From positions 128,001 through 192,000 of the IMG/VR virus record IMGVR_UViG_3300047160_036266: 64,000 nucleotides of DNA; one strand, 5' to 3'. This document shows positions 45,868-55,624 of the stretch, piece by piece. Numbering within the stretch: the first letter of the stretch is position 1; each line of letters starts with the position of its first letter. The notes under the pieces are model-generated. The model made no database searches. It worked only from the letters and a program-made list of their open reading frames with translations, and was not told where the DNA came from. This DNA comes from a virus (taxonomy: Duplodnaviria; Caudoviricetes). A program made the translations under genes and the position numbers.

Positions 45868-46880
45868 TCAAGCTCCTTAACTGCTACTTCAAGTCTTCCG
45901 ATGACCTGTGTTATATCCTCTTCGGTCAATCCGTCTACGAACTCCGTTCTGACTTTCAAGACGGCTTTCCGTCTCACTATCGGTTGGGGTATATACGTCT
46001 CAGCTTTGATATTAAACTGGAATTTTATCACCCTCAACTGCTTGTCTCCCGGTTCCGTCTCCAAGTTATTAGCAACACTCTCCAGCTTCACGCCGACTTC
46101 CCAGGCGACTCCTCTTATGCGTATGTATGCAATGGGGCTGAATTTTAAGAAGACTTGTTCTAAAATTTGGTTCATGTCTTCGAGGTACAGCGTCCAGGCG
46201 TAGAGGGTGTACGAAATATCCACGGGCAGGCCCCTGGCCACGCCGAACACAGTGTCCCTCTCGTATTTCTCGCTCGCTGTAAAGGTAGGCTTGTCGTCGG
46301 GATTGCCGTCTGCGTCGGGGGCACCACGGAGGTAGTTGATGGCGTTGTGGTAGGTGTAACGATCTTGGTTGAACGCGAACTCGGTCGAAGAGATCGCCAA
46401 CATGGGCAGGCGGATGCGATCCACCACAATCGTCTCATCCTTGCGGATGTTCTCCTGAACCACGGCAAGGACCGCCCGCTCCTGGGTCGCCCAGATGATC
46501 GGTACTGGATGGGCCACACCGTCTTCGTCAATCACGACCACGTTGCGGAACAGGTCCATCACCGCCTCGTCGCAACCCCGGATCGCCTTGGAATAACGGT
46601 AGACCGTATTGCGTTGCGGATTGTCGAGGTCGTTAATAATCTGGCCCGTCTGCATCGGGTCACATAGACCGCTGGTGCCGAGGTCGATGCGTTTGCTCAG
46701 AATGTCTTCGAGCCAACTGTCTTTTTCCGTACCGGGGTCGCGCTGGTTGGGACACGGGGCGTCTGGGTCGGGACAGTATGGTGGCGGTGGGTCGATGTTC
46801 TCGGATTCTGGAAGTCCTGGGGGCTGACATTCCACCAGGCTCTTCTGCGGATCGGTTATATTGGGGCCAACGTCTCTCAT
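45861..46880 (-). CDS. Tail sheath stabilizer/terminator (T4 gp15-like)
   Basis: VPIIWATQERA, LPMLAI, PVDISYTL, DMNQILEQV. Confidence 0.78.
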   Translation of the reverse strand: MRDVGPNITDPQKSLVECQPPGLPESENIDPPPPYCPDPDAPCPNQRDPGTEKDSWLEDILSKRIDLGTSGLCDPMQTGQIINDLDNPQRNTVYRYSKAIRGCDEAVMDLFRNVVVIDEDGVAHPVPIIWATQERAVLAVVQENIRKDETIVVDRIRLPMLAISSTEFAFNQDRYTYHNAINYLRGAPDADGNPDDKPTFTASEKYERDTVFGVARGLPVDISYTLYAWTLYLEDMNQILEQVFLKFSPIAYIRIRGVAWEVGVKLESVANNLETEPGDKQLRVIKFQFNIKAETYIPQPIVRRKAVLKVRTEFVDGLTEEDITQVIGRLEVAVKELEC

Positions 46881-46924
46881 GGCAATCTCGCTATAATAGG
46901 GTAGTTAGGGTTAATAAGGCAAAA

Positions 46925-47761
46925 ATGGACAAGATCGAGTTAAAATACCGTAAGTGGTATAAGGGCATTCCTCCTCGACCTATTAAGTTGCAGATACCAG
47001 GCTGGGCCGGTGACTCGCACGGACATGACGATGGCGACAAGCCGCAGCCGTGGCACTGCCCGCCTTTTGTCGATGGCTCGACCTACGGCCTTGAGCTTAT
47101 ATATCCGTTTGAAACCGAATGTCGGGTAAAGAATATAGATGGGAGGGCAATATTCGAGGGGCGGTGGGAGGACGAACCCTCACCGGACGGAACCACATTT
47201 CCCCCGTTCCTTCAGTTCGCTCCTGGCCATTACGGCTTCACGTCGTCACTAGACATCAAGTGCCCGCCCGACTACGTTATCCGCATTGAACCCCACCCTC
47301 GCTTCTACACCGATACCACGGGCACCGTGCCTGTCACCGTTTGTGGACACATTCAAGGCGACTGGTGGCCGAAGGTGTTCTTTGTGGTTTTTCGCTCGCC
47401 CCGACCCGGCGAGACACACATCTTTCGCAAAGGGGAGCCGTATGCCCAAATTCTGGTGGTGCCCAGACGGGTGCTGTATAGCGTGAAGGAGATGGACCAT
47501 GCGGAGATGGCCAAGAGGAATGTCCGTGATGGTAGGATCGCCAAGTACGGCAAGGTGATCGCCAAGAATGCGTGGAGCGACCACAAAAGCCAAGGCTTCG
47601 ATGATAAATATAAGGTACTGAGTTCCATCTATGCCAAGGGTGGAGAAGCCGCCGTGGACCGTTACCTAGAAGAAGTGGAGAAGGAAGAGGAACAACGCCG
47701 GCTCGACCAGAGCGCCCAGGTGCGCCAGAAAATGCCTCGAACCCTCGTCAGGAAAAAATGA
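46925..47761 (+). CDS. DUF6065-like protein
   Basis: WHCPPF..G..YG.EL.YPF, GFTSSL, GHIQGDWW, GEPYAQI. Confidence 0.5.
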   Translation: MDKIELKYRKWYKGIPPRPIKLQIPGWAGDSHGHDDGDKPQPWHCPPFVDGSTYGLELIYPFETECRVKNIDGRAIFEGRWEDEPSPDGTTFPPFLQFAPGHYGFTSSLDIKCPPDYVIRIEPHPRFYTDTTGTVPVTVCGHIQGDWWPKVFFVVFRSPRPGETHIFRKGEPYAQILVVPRRVLYSVKEMDHAEMAKRNVRDGRIAKYGKVIAKNAWSDHKSQGFDDKYKVLSSIYAKGGEAAVDRYLEEVEKEEEQRRLDQSAQVRQKMPRTLVRKK

Positions 47762-47946
47762 AAGCCTTTCGTATCAAGAAGCGTGACCAACGCCTTCCGA
47801 TCTTTATTCAGGAGGTTCGCACGCCCCTGTCACGCCCTCACTTCAGTCGGGTGATTTTCTTTCAAGTTCACCCGCCGATTACATTCCCCCAGGTTGCTGC
47901 TGCGCCGGGGACACATTCATCCCCGCTGCCTGCGGAGCGTTGTTAG
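47758..47946 (+). CDS. Possible small protein
   Basis: ATGA coupling to upstream gene. Confidence 0.3.
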   Translation: MKAFRIKKRDQRLPIFIQEVRTPLSRPHFSRVIFFQVHPPITFPQVAAAPGTHSSPLPAERC

Positions 47947-48358
47947 CACTGGCCTGACCCGGCGGACCCATTGCCGACTTATTCTGTTGAGCCATATTCT
48001 GCATACCCTGCTTGTCCTGGCCCTCTTGGGGTTTCTCTTTCGCCAGGGCATCGGCCATTTGGCCGACCTGCTGCTTCATGAGATTGAGTTGGTCAATGAA
48101 GGGCTTGACCATTTGCTGGTTGGGGTTCCCTTGGAAGTTCTGGATCGCGTTGTCAATCTCCTGCTCCAGATTGTCCACTGGCGATGGTTCGTGTGCCGGT
48201 GGGGCCGGTTGGTTGGGCATGGGTGCTGCGCCTTTACTGGCTCCCGCTGTGGGTAGTTGTGGCGGCGCTCCCGTCCCCTGGTCATTCGTGGTCGTACCCT
48301 GAGAGGGTGCGCCGTTTTCTTCCTTGAGCAACTTGTAAAACTGGTAGAACGACTTCAT
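47879..48358 (-). CDS. Gln/Pro-rich putative virion internal protein
   Basis: N-terminus MKSFYQFYKLLKEE. Confidence 0.65.
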   Translation of the reverse strand: MKSFYQFYKLLKEENGAPSQGTTTNDQGTGAPPQLPTAGASKGAAPMPNQPAPPAHEPSPVDNLEQEIDNAIQNFQGNPNQQMVKPFIDQLNLMKQQVGQMADALAKEKPQEGQDKQGMQNMAQQNKSAMGPPGQASANNAPQAAGMNVSPAQQQPGGM

Positions 48359-48366
48359 CTGGCCCC

Positions 48367-48900
48367 TTATACGATCTTGTAGTCGGTAGTCTTTTGAGGA
48401 ACCTTGCCCTCGCCCGTGGTGGTGGATTCCTGGTAACGCTGACAGAGCAACTGAATGTGGAGAACCGACCACATCTTGAACTCCGCAAGGTTGCGCTGAA
48501 TGATGACCCAATTCTCTTTCAAGAACGGGGTGAACAGACGACTGCCTATCTTCGGCGGGTAGCCAACGGCGTCGAGCGTTGCCTTGTAGTTCAACTCGAA
48601 CATCATCTCATCGGGGGCGTCGATGCCAAACGCCGTCTGGGCGTTCTGGGACGGGATCGGTTCGTAGTAGCACCAAAGCTGAATCGGGTTATTGGAGAAC
48701 AGCTTGCCCCTGGCCTCCAAATACATGGGGTCGATGGTGTTGCTGTCTACAAAGCATTCGTAGTAATAGATGGGGGAGCCACCCATTTGAATGGCCTCTT
48801 GGTCCCACTGGTTGAAGAGGTCATGCTCCGGTGCAGTATCGTCAAACTGCTGCTTACTGCCAAGAGTGCTGTAAGGTGTGCCGTCTGGCTTGAGTATCAT
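48367..48900 (-). CDS. Neck/head-closure protein (T4 gp14-like)
   Basis: DQEAIQMGGSPIYYY, DPMYLE, FGIDAPDE, PKIGSRLF. Confidence 0.75.
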   Translation of the reverse strand: MILKPDGTPYSTLGSKQQFDDTAPEHDLFNQWDQEAIQMGGSPIYYYECFVDSNTIDPMYLEARGKLFSNNPIQLWCYYEPIPSQNAQTAFGIDAPDEMMFELNYKATLDAVGYPPKIGSRLFTPFLKENWVIIQRNLAEFKMWSVLHIQLLCQRYQESTTTGEGKVPQKTTDYKIV

Positions 48901-49849
48901 GCTCATATATAGAAAGCCATTGGCGGAATTCTTCGAGGGCCAGCCGTACCGATTCCTGCTGTTCCTCGCCTAACGCTTTCCGCTTGGCCCTCTCTATAAT
49001 TTTGATGAATTGCCGCCTTCCTTCTCCTGTGGGGATGTCCGCCAGTTCGGGGATTTGGGCCAGGATTTCGGCGGTGGGTATCCAGGTCATCGGAATGGCC
49101 ATCTGCCGCCGCACAATTTCCAACGCCCATTGATACCTGGCAACTTCTTTCTGATAATTGGTGCCGCTACCGCCCCGCATTCTCAATTCGTCCAATTCGT
49201 CTTGAATGTTGGCAAGAACGGCTCGTCTCAGGTCATCCCACTCCATATTCTCCCAGGACTCGTCGCCACTGGCTGCTGGGTCCAGGCCCTTCTTTTCAGG
49301 CTTTTCCAACTGGCTCATTTGTACCGTCCGCCTGCCCGCCCGGCGCTTCTGCATGGCGCGTGCGTAGTTGGCCGTGGCATTATAAGCTCGCTTGCGAAGG
49401 GTGCCTCGAATGCCCTTCTGCTCTGCCGATCCGGGATTCAAGGTTTCCCAGGTCACATCCGGTTGCTCGAACAGTTTGGGGTTGAGGGTATCCATCCAGA
49501 TTTGTCCGTTGGCTTCCTCAGCCGCTTGCAAAATGTCAGCGCCGGTCATTTCGGCGGCACCGCCCCTGGCCGCTTTCATCAAAGCCTGGGCATAGGGGAA
49601 ATAAGTCCCCGTGTGATCGTCAACTATGGCCTTAGCTTCCGCTGCGTTGCGTGGGTCGGCAAACTTATTCATTTTGAGAAGTTGGCCAATCATGGAGCGC
49701 ATCATTTGATTGGTAGAATCAATGAACTCCTGCTCGCCTTCGTCGTACCCTGCTCGTCCGCCGCCACGACGAAGTGCCTCCATTAACGGGATGGACGGCA
49801 AGTGCAGTCTGACCTCTACCACAAATGCCCATTCAACAAAACTTAGCAT
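48854..49849 (-). CDS. ECF-sigma-like protein with capsid-targeting-like N-terminus
   Basis: ADILQ...IWMD..NPKLF and IRGTLRKRAYNATANYARAMQKRR resemble sigma region 2; N-terminus MLSFVEW. Confidence 0.45.
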   Translation of the reverse strand: MLSFVEWAFVVEVRLHLPSIPLMEALRRGGGRAGYDEGEQEFIDSTNQMMRSMIGQLLKMNKFADPRNAAEAKAIVDDHTGTYFPYAQALMKAARGGAAEMTGADILQAAEEANGQIWMDTLNPKLFEQPDVTWETLNPGSAEQKGIRGTLRKRAYNATANYARAMQKRRAGRRTVQMSQLEKPEKKGLDPAASGDESWENMEWDDLRRAVLANIQDELDELRMRGGSGTNYQKEVARYQWALEIVRRQMAIPMTWIPTAEILAQIPELADIPTGEGRRQFIKIIERAKRKALGEEQQESVRLALEEFRQWLSIYEHDTQARRHTLQHSWQ

Positions 49850-49872
49850 AGTGAAGGTATATAAGCCCCAAA

Positions 49873-49909
49873 TGCAAAAAACCCAGGCGTTCATTCCTGG
49901 GTTTTTTGC
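49873..49909. terminator. Bidirectional intrinsic terminator
   Basis: GCAAAAAACCCAGG...CCTGGGTTTTTTGC. Confidence 0.6.
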
Positions 49910-49921
49910 GATATGGTAAAT

Positions 49922-50311
49922 TTAGTCTAAGGTAATAGTTGGGGTTACTGCGACCTGCCCGCCGCCATTTGGCAACGCGAAGGGGCCGTTGGAAAATATT
50001 TCCACCCACAATAAAGAGCCGCTTAATGTAGTAATGTAGTAACCAACAAGGGTAATTGCAGTGCTAAAGGTGAAAGTCACTTCGGGGTAGGATGCGGTTG
50101 TGACTCCGGCCACCTGAGTGATCGTCCAGTTTGGTCCGTGAAGAGTTGCCGGGGTGTAGCCGGTCGCTTCGGTCAGGTTTTGAAGGGTGGTGGACTCGCT
50201 GGGAACGTAGTTGTTGGTGTACAGGTGAAGTATGCGGTCGTCCGGCACTTGCTGGTTGACAATATACTTCAGCAAAATAATCTCAGCTACGTCAGGCACA
50301 ACTAGGGACAT
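49922..50311 (-). CDS. Small beta-rich virion structural protein
   Basis: LHLYTNN.VP, YPEVTFTF, VGYYIT pattern; GGAGG RBS. Confidence 0.65.
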   Translation of the reverse strand: MSLVVPDVAEIILLKYIVNQQVPDDRILHLYTNNYVPSESTTLQNLTEATGYTPATLHGPNWTITQVAGVTTASYPEVTFTFSTAITLVGYYITTLSGSLLWVEIFSNGPFALPNGGGQVAVTPTITLD

Positions 50312-50353
50312 CAAACCTCCGACTGTATTTTAGCTGCTAACGGTATATACTGC

Positions 50354-50977
50354 ATGGCTCTGAAAAATAAAGATGGTTCCGCCTATCGTCTCCGAGGTCC
50401 GAACCCGCTCATGCGCGAGCAGGAACTCTGGAAGGAATTCAGGTTGCACAACTTTGAATTCAAGGGCGTTGTGATGGCGGACACTACCGAAGTGGTTCCT
50501 TTTGAGAGTCCCTTGCAAGTAAATGAATTCATCGGAGAACTGGAAGCCACCAAAGGGGAACCCACTGTAATTGAGAGACAGGTGCGCGAATTCTACGGCC
50601 ACAACGACCAAAACCCGGTGGAAAGGCCGGTCGTGGTCATCCCCGATTTTCGTGAACAAGACAAGGCCGAACCCAAACCAGTCTTTCATTGTCTCCCGGC
50701 GATAATCCGTCGCCACCGGGACGCCCTCTACGGGGAAACCTATGCCACGGTCAAATATGACTCGCCGTTCACCTTCGAGGCATACGTCGTGGACCAGACC
50801 GACTTCAACCTGTTATTCTGGACCAGTGGACCGGCAGCCGAGAAAATTAGCGAGGGGTCCGTTGTGTACCCGAAGCTGATGGAGAAGCGCTGGTGGAAAG
50901 TGGTGTCACGGGAGGAGAAATCCGGCGGCTGGCTTTATAGGTCCATTCCATCCGACTATCAGCCCAAATTCAAGTAG
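50354..50977 (+). CDS. Hypothetical protein
   Basis: TATATA 4 nt upstream of ATG. Confidence 0.65.
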   Translation: MALKNKDGSAYRLRGPNPLMREQELWKEFRLHNFEFKGVVMADTTEVVPFESPLQVNEFIGELEATKGEPTVIERQVREFYGHNDQNPVERPVVVIPDFREQDKAEPKPVFHCLPAIIRRHRDALYGETYATVKYDSPFTFEAYVVDQTDFNLLFWTSGPAAEKISEGSVVYPKLMEKRWWKVVSREEKSGGWLYRSIPSDYQPKFK

Positions 50978-51239
50978 CCTTCTTTTCGGGCACGACAGCC
51001 ACCTTCAGGCCCAGCTTGCTTAGTTGTTCCCTGTAGTCATTGACGGCCTTGAGGTAGCCCGTCTCGTAGATGGCGGCGATCAGTTGGTTAAATTCGTTGA
51101 AGTCCCTTTCGGTCAGGATCGTATTGGCCATGCGTTCCACAATCTGTTCGTGGTCGGGATATTTCTGTTGCAGTATCTCGAACATATACTTCTTGATGGC
51201 AAACGTCTTGGGGTTGGTCATGGACTGAAAATAGTTCAT
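50970..51239 (-). CDS. Hypothetical protein
   Basis: ATGA coupled to upstream gene. Confidence 0.6.
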   Translation of the reverse strand: MNYFQSMTNPKTFAIKKYMFEILQQKYPDHEQIVERMANTILTERDFNEFNQLIAAIYETGYLKAVNDYREQLSKLGLKVAVVPEKKAT

Positions 51240-51427
51240 TGCTTCTTCTGGCCCTTTCTTTCCGCCTTCTTGATTTTTACTGGTCCGACCGACTTGAGGG
51301 TGCCTCCAGCAGCGGCCCCTTGCCAGGTTCCCTCGCCAGGGAACTGTGGTATTTCCGTACCGTCTTCGCCCGCCGTGCCAGCCACGGCGGCTGCCTCCAC
51401 CAACTTGAGCCATTCCTTAAATGTCAT
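51236..51427 (-). CDS. Small putative virion internal protein
   Basis: N-terminus MTFKEWLKLVE; TAAATA upstream. Confidence 0.65.
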   Translation of the reverse strand: MTFKEWLKLVEAAAVAGTAGEDGTEIPQFPGEGTWQGAAAGGTLKSVGPVKIKKAERKGQKKQ

Positions 51428-54221
51428 AAGTCTGTCCTTTATTTATGCTCTGAGGCAGCCGATTTAGCAAGGAGATGGCGGCGCGATCAACGCCCGTCGC
51501 CGTTCCTTGCGCCACCTTCTGTTCCAGTCGCTTCAGCAACCCCATGACCATTCGTGGGGTGGCCCGCCGCTGGAACCTGCCGTGGAATGCGATATTGGCC
51601 CACTCTCCCCGGCGGAAATAGTCATCCAGTTCCTCGTCAGCCAATGGCGAGGCCGGAGTCGGCCCTGGCAGAGCCGGTCCCCGTGGTTGCAACAACTTCT
51701 CCGGCGGTCGGGGTGGGATGGCGGTGGGCTTCATCGCTTTGACACGCTCCCGCAATTCCTCCATTGCCGGCCTGAGCGATGGGTATTGACGGACCATTTC
51801 TTCGGCAGCCTGCGTTATGGATGGGTCCGCCAGTTTTCTTGCCGCCTGTTCCGGGTCTTGCAGGATATATTGCTCGAATTCCTTCCACTTCAGCATCACA
51901 TCCGCTGCCGGCTCATCCATCTTGGGAGGTTCAGCGCCTCCCTGTTTGGACAGGTGTTCTACCAGGCCCCGCACCCGGCCCACTACGTCCTTCGGCTCTT
52001 TCTCCTGTGTTCTGATTTGCAGAATATCTTCCTGGGCCTTGGCCTCTGCCTCAGCCGGGTTCATGCCCATGTTCTCGTAGGTCATGGCCAGGGCGTAGAA
52101 GCACATATATGTGACGTTGCGCTCTTCGGTCAACGCTTCCATCTTCAGGCGGGCATCACCCGTCCTGTCGGCCTTGGTCTTTTCGGCCTCTGCTTTTTCG
52201 GAATCCTTGGCGGCGTCCCGGAGAAGTTCGTCGTGCAGTACCCGGAGGTTGTATTTGAAGGCACAGTATCCCGTCTGCAACGCCCTGGACCCTCGTAGAT
52301 CGCAGCCCTTGGTCTGAGCTTCCGTCTGTTGCTCTTGAATCGCTCGCGCCTTAATCCGCTCCATGTAGGCGTGGAGGTCTTCGCCGCCTGGTTCGATGCC
52401 TGGACGCTCGCCACGCAGACGCCGGGTGCCACGGCTCCAGTCCTGCTGGGCGTAGTTGCTGACCAGGGTTTTGATCTTGTTGTACCGGGTCCGTTGTTTG
52501 AAAATATATGGATCGTCAAGATTTTCCAGCAGCATGTCCCAGGCAAGGGCGTATAGCTTCTTGGTCATGCTCTTGAGTACCCGTTGTTCAAAAGTCTCTG
52601 CGCCGCCGACTCGTTCCCCCAGCGCCCCTTCAATTGACTTCACAATCTCGGCGTAATACTGGCCGTGAGGGTTGGACTCGAAATTAAAATCGTCATCCAG
52701 GTCGCCCCGTCCTCCGTTGTTGAGGAGAGACTTCTCCAGGCGTGCCAGCCGGTCAGGAAAATCTGGGTGGGCCGGGTCCAGGTACTTCCGGCCCGGTGTA
52801 TTTTGGTTGGGGTGGAAGGCACCGGCGCGAATATGGTTCGTGCCCTGCCAGCCCGGCTTGCTGAAATCGCCCTCGTCTCCCTCTTCTTCCTGGTCAATAT
52901 CTGGGAAATCGCCTACCTCGACATAATCTTTCTCGTGGCCCAACCTCATGTCTTCGGGCAAAGCCGCCATCTCGTCGTCAGTAAGTTTGCGCAGGAACTT
53001 GCCCGGCAGGAGAACCGGCACTTCATGCTCTTCCTGGGTCCGCTCGCCGGTGTGTGGATTTAGGCGTGTCACCTGGACCTTCTTCTTCGGCAGGTGCAAC
53101 TCCGGGGAGATTACCTCGTACCTTGGTTGGGTTGTGGGCTTTTTTGGCTTTTTCTCGCCGGGTTTGGGCTTGGGTGGTGGCCTGGGAGGCAGTTTGTTTA
53201 CTTGCACTACCTGGCCCTGGGGGTGGCCCGGCGAGGGCGGCGAGCGCAGTTTGCCCTGTTGGGCAAGGTGGTAAATATCGTCCCATGCAAGTTCCTCAGC
53301 CAGCTTGCGGCGCAAGCTACTCCTGGTCTTAATGTCGCTCTCGCTCACCGGCTCGTTCGGGAATATTTGGTCCCACTTTTCTTTCACAAATGGGTCGCCC
53401 GGTATATTCATCCAGTGGGTCTTGGCCATTTCCTTGCGTATCTTATCGACGGTAAAGGTGTCCCGTATTTCTGACTGTCCAAGGCCGATGCCCCGATCCG
53501 GCCCCCACGTCTCCGGGGGATGAGGCAGTTCGCCCAACATGCGGTGAGCAGTGTAATTCATCCAGTCGCTCAGCCGCTCGGAGGCAGTGTGCTTCTTCAT
53601 GAAATTCATACCACGAGTGGCGCTATGCAGCTTGTCGGAGCGCGAAACACGAGGGTTCCACAAGTCATAGCCGTTTGCCACGCCCGTATCCCCTTCGATC
53701 TTGTGAATCAGGGACTCCATCTGCGGTTTGGCGACAATAACGTGTGGCTCGCCGCCGCCGGGGACTCGGAACGAATAATTCTTCTCTTCGGGATACTTGA
53801 TGTGCGGTACTTTCCGTTCAGCGTACAGTTCGGCTTCATGCGAAGCTCGTGAGGCAGCCCGGCGTTTCGCTATGTCGGCGTTGTGTTCCCGGCCCTCTTC
53901 GTCCAGATACCTGGGGAAGAGTTCGTTGTATTTCTCGTCGTAGGCAGGCTTGCGAGCCTCCTCGCGCGCCTGGAGGGCTTCGAGGAGGTCGTCGTGGTAG
54001 CGCTTGAGAAGAGCTTCCTTCCAAAACCGGCGTGGGAATTGATGGAGGAAGGCAATGTCGCCCTCATCAAACTTGATCGGCTGCTTGAATATGTGCATCC
54101 GCTTGGCCATTTCGTCCAGGCGGAACTTTGTGTAAGCCTGGTCCTTGCCATAATACGCCGTGTTGAAAAAGCGGGCAAAGGAGCGAGGCTCTACAAAATG
54201 TGTTTCCGTGTGCATTACCAT
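51417..54221 (-). CDS. Large (934 aa) hypothetical protein, possibly virion-associated
   Basis: Long ORF divergent from gp13-like gene, sharing a TATATA element. Confidence 0.75.
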   Translation of the reverse strand: MVMHTETHFVEPRSFARFFNTAYYGKDQAYTKFRLDEMAKRMHIFKQPIKFDEGDIAFLHQFPRRFWKEALLKRYHDDLLEALQAREEARKPAYDEKYNELFPRYLDEEGREHNADIAKRRAASRASHEAELYAERKVPHIKYPEEKNYSFRVPGGGEPHVIVAKPQMESLIHKIEGDTGVANGYDLWNPRVSRSDKLHSATRGMNFMKKHTASERLSDWMNYTAHRMLGELPHPPETWGPDRGIGLGQSEIRDTFTVDKIRKEMAKTHWMNIPGDPFVKEKWDQIFPNEPVSESDIKTRSSLRRKLAEELAWDDIYHLAQQGKLRSPPSPGHPQGQVVQVNKLPPRPPPKPKPGEKKPKKPTTQPRYEVISPELHLPKKKVQVTRLNPHTGERTQEEHEVPVLLPGKFLRKLTDDEMAALPEDMRLGHEKDYVEVGDFPDIDQEEEGDEGDFSKPGWQGTNHIRAGAFHPNQNTPGRKYLDPAHPDFPDRLARLEKSLLNNGGRGDLDDDFNFESNPHGQYYAEIVKSIEGALGERVGGAETFEQRVLKSMTKKLYALAWDMLLENLDDPYIFKQRTRYNKIKTLVSNYAQQDWSRGTRRLRGERPGIEPGGEDLHAYMERIKARAIQEQQTEAQTKGCDLRGSRALQTGYCAFKYNLRVLHDELLRDAAKDSEKAEAEKTKADRTGDARLKMEALTEERNVTYMCFYALAMTYENMGMNPAEAEAKAQEDILQIRTQEKEPKDVVGRVRGLVEHLSKQGGAEPPKMDEPAADVMLKWKEFEQYILQDPEQAARKLADPSITQAAEEMVRQYPSLRPAMEELRERVKAMKPTAIPPRPPEKLLQPRGPALPGPTPASPLADEELDDYFRRGEWANIAFHGRFQRRATPRMVMGLLKRLEQKVAQGTATGVDRAAISLLNRLPQSINKGQTYDI

Positions 54222-54248
54222 TTTTCCAATCCTGACTCTATATATGAC

Positions 54249-55160
54249 ATGCCTTCATCTTCTTGCAACCAGGACACTTTGCTAATTTGCCGCCCGACTG
54301 CCCAGACGGCTCAACAACAGCAACAGCAGGGCTGCCCATCTACCTGCGGTAACAACCTGGGCGTTTCCGACCCTCTGAACAGGAATCAACTCAGCCCACG
54401 TCCCAATCGCAGTAAGGTTCGGGGACAGATAAAGGACTACATTCTATTGATGCTCGGCGCTCCAGTTGTCAGCATCGAATTGGATGAGCAGCAGGTGGAC
54501 GCCGCTGTGGACCTGGCTCTCCAGATATTTGAGGACTACGCCCCCAGGGAATACTTCCAGTATTACGTCTTCAATACGATCCCCGGCAAGAGCGTTTACG
54601 AGTTGCCGCCCGACGTGGGCATGGTCCGCAACGTATTCTACAAGCAGACCGGCACCTTTGCCTTTCAGTCGTCCGACCTGGGCGGTGCCATCCCCGTGGA
54701 GTATTTCTACCCTGGCGGTGCCTATGGCAGTATTACCGGCGGTCTGATTGACCCGGTGCAGCCGATCTGGGGTCGCATGGGCGAATGGGTGTTGTACAAG
54801 CAATACGAGCAGATGTATTCGCGCATCGCCTCGAACCTGGGCGGCTGGGAGTGGGTTGGCGGCTTCAACCACATTAAGATATATCCTATTCCGTTCCGGG
54901 TCCATCAGGTCATTGTCCATTATCTCCAGAAGCACACCGACTGGCAGCAGGTAACACAAGCCATGCAGGAGGGGGCGCTGGCTTTCGCCAAGATCATGCT
55001 GGGTCGTATCCGTAGCAAGATCAAGAACCCGCCTGGTCCTAACCAGGGCGTGCAGTTGGATGGGGATACGCTTCTTCAGGAAGGAAGGGAAGATAAGGAG
55101 AAATGGGAAGAGCGACTGTTGGTTCGCTTCGGAGATATTCTGCCAATTACTTTGGGATGA
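54249..55160 (+). CDS. Neck protein (T4 gp13-like)
   Basis: IKDYILLMLGAPVVSIELDEQQ, GRIRSK, GVQLDG..L..EG; TATATA 4 nt upstream. Confidence 0.85.
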   Translation: MPSSSCNQDTLLICRPTAQTAQQQQQQGCPSTCGNNLGVSDPLNRNQLSPRPNRSKVRGQIKDYILLMLGAPVVSIELDEQQVDAAVDLALQIFEDYAPREYFQYYVFNTIPGKSVYELPPDVGMVRNVFYKQTGTFAFQSSDLGGAIPVEYFYPGGAYGSITGGLIDPVQPIWGRMGEWVLYKQYEQMYSRIASNLGGWEWVGGFNHIKIYPIPFRVHQVIVHYLQKHTDWQQVTQAMQEGALAFAKIMLGRIRSKIKNPPGPNQGVQLDGDTLLQEGREDKEKWEERLLVRFGDILPITLG

Positions 55161-55192
55161 TGCTGCTTATATATTGGAAATGAGGGGTATAC

Positions 55193-55624
55193 ATGAATGA
55201 CTTTCAATCCATCTTGAGATTACTTATTGAAAAAGACGAGGGGGAGGCGGGAGCCGAGGGCGAAGGCGAAGAAGCTGCTGCGGCAGCCGGAGGCACACCC
55301 CAGCCCACTCAAAGTATGGACAAGGCAACTGATCCTGAGATGGCCTTCCGGCTGTATAGGAAGGAGTACGATGGCTTGGTGGGACAACTTAATGGTGTCG
55401 TGAGCCAGCACTTGCGAAGGTTGGAGGATTTGCGTACTCATGCAATGGCTAAGCTTGGTGATGTGGAGTCTCTGGAAGATATGAAGGCACGCCATGCGGC
55501 ATTGCGGCCAACCATGCAGCGGCCTGATATTAGCAAAATTGCCGGTAGGCGAGCAGCAGTTCAGCAGGCATACACTACGCCCCCGCAGCAGCAGCCTGGG
55601 ACCGCTACTGGAGGAACACAATGA
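55193..55624 (+). CDS. Putative virion internal protein
   Basis: N-terminus MNDFQSILRLLIE; GAGG RBS. Confidence 0.65.
   Translation: MNDFQSILRLLIEKDEGEAGAEGEGEEAAAAAGGTPQPTQSMDKATDPEMAFRLYRKEYDGLVGQLNGVVSQHLRRLEDLRTHAMAKLGDVESLEDMKARHAALRPTMQRPDISKIAGRRAAVQQAYTTPPQQQPGTATGGTQ

Noticed and set aside
53883-54248. N-terminal extension of the gp13-like ORF
   Set aside because: It overlaps the divergent 934-aa gene; TATATA spacing supports a start at 54249
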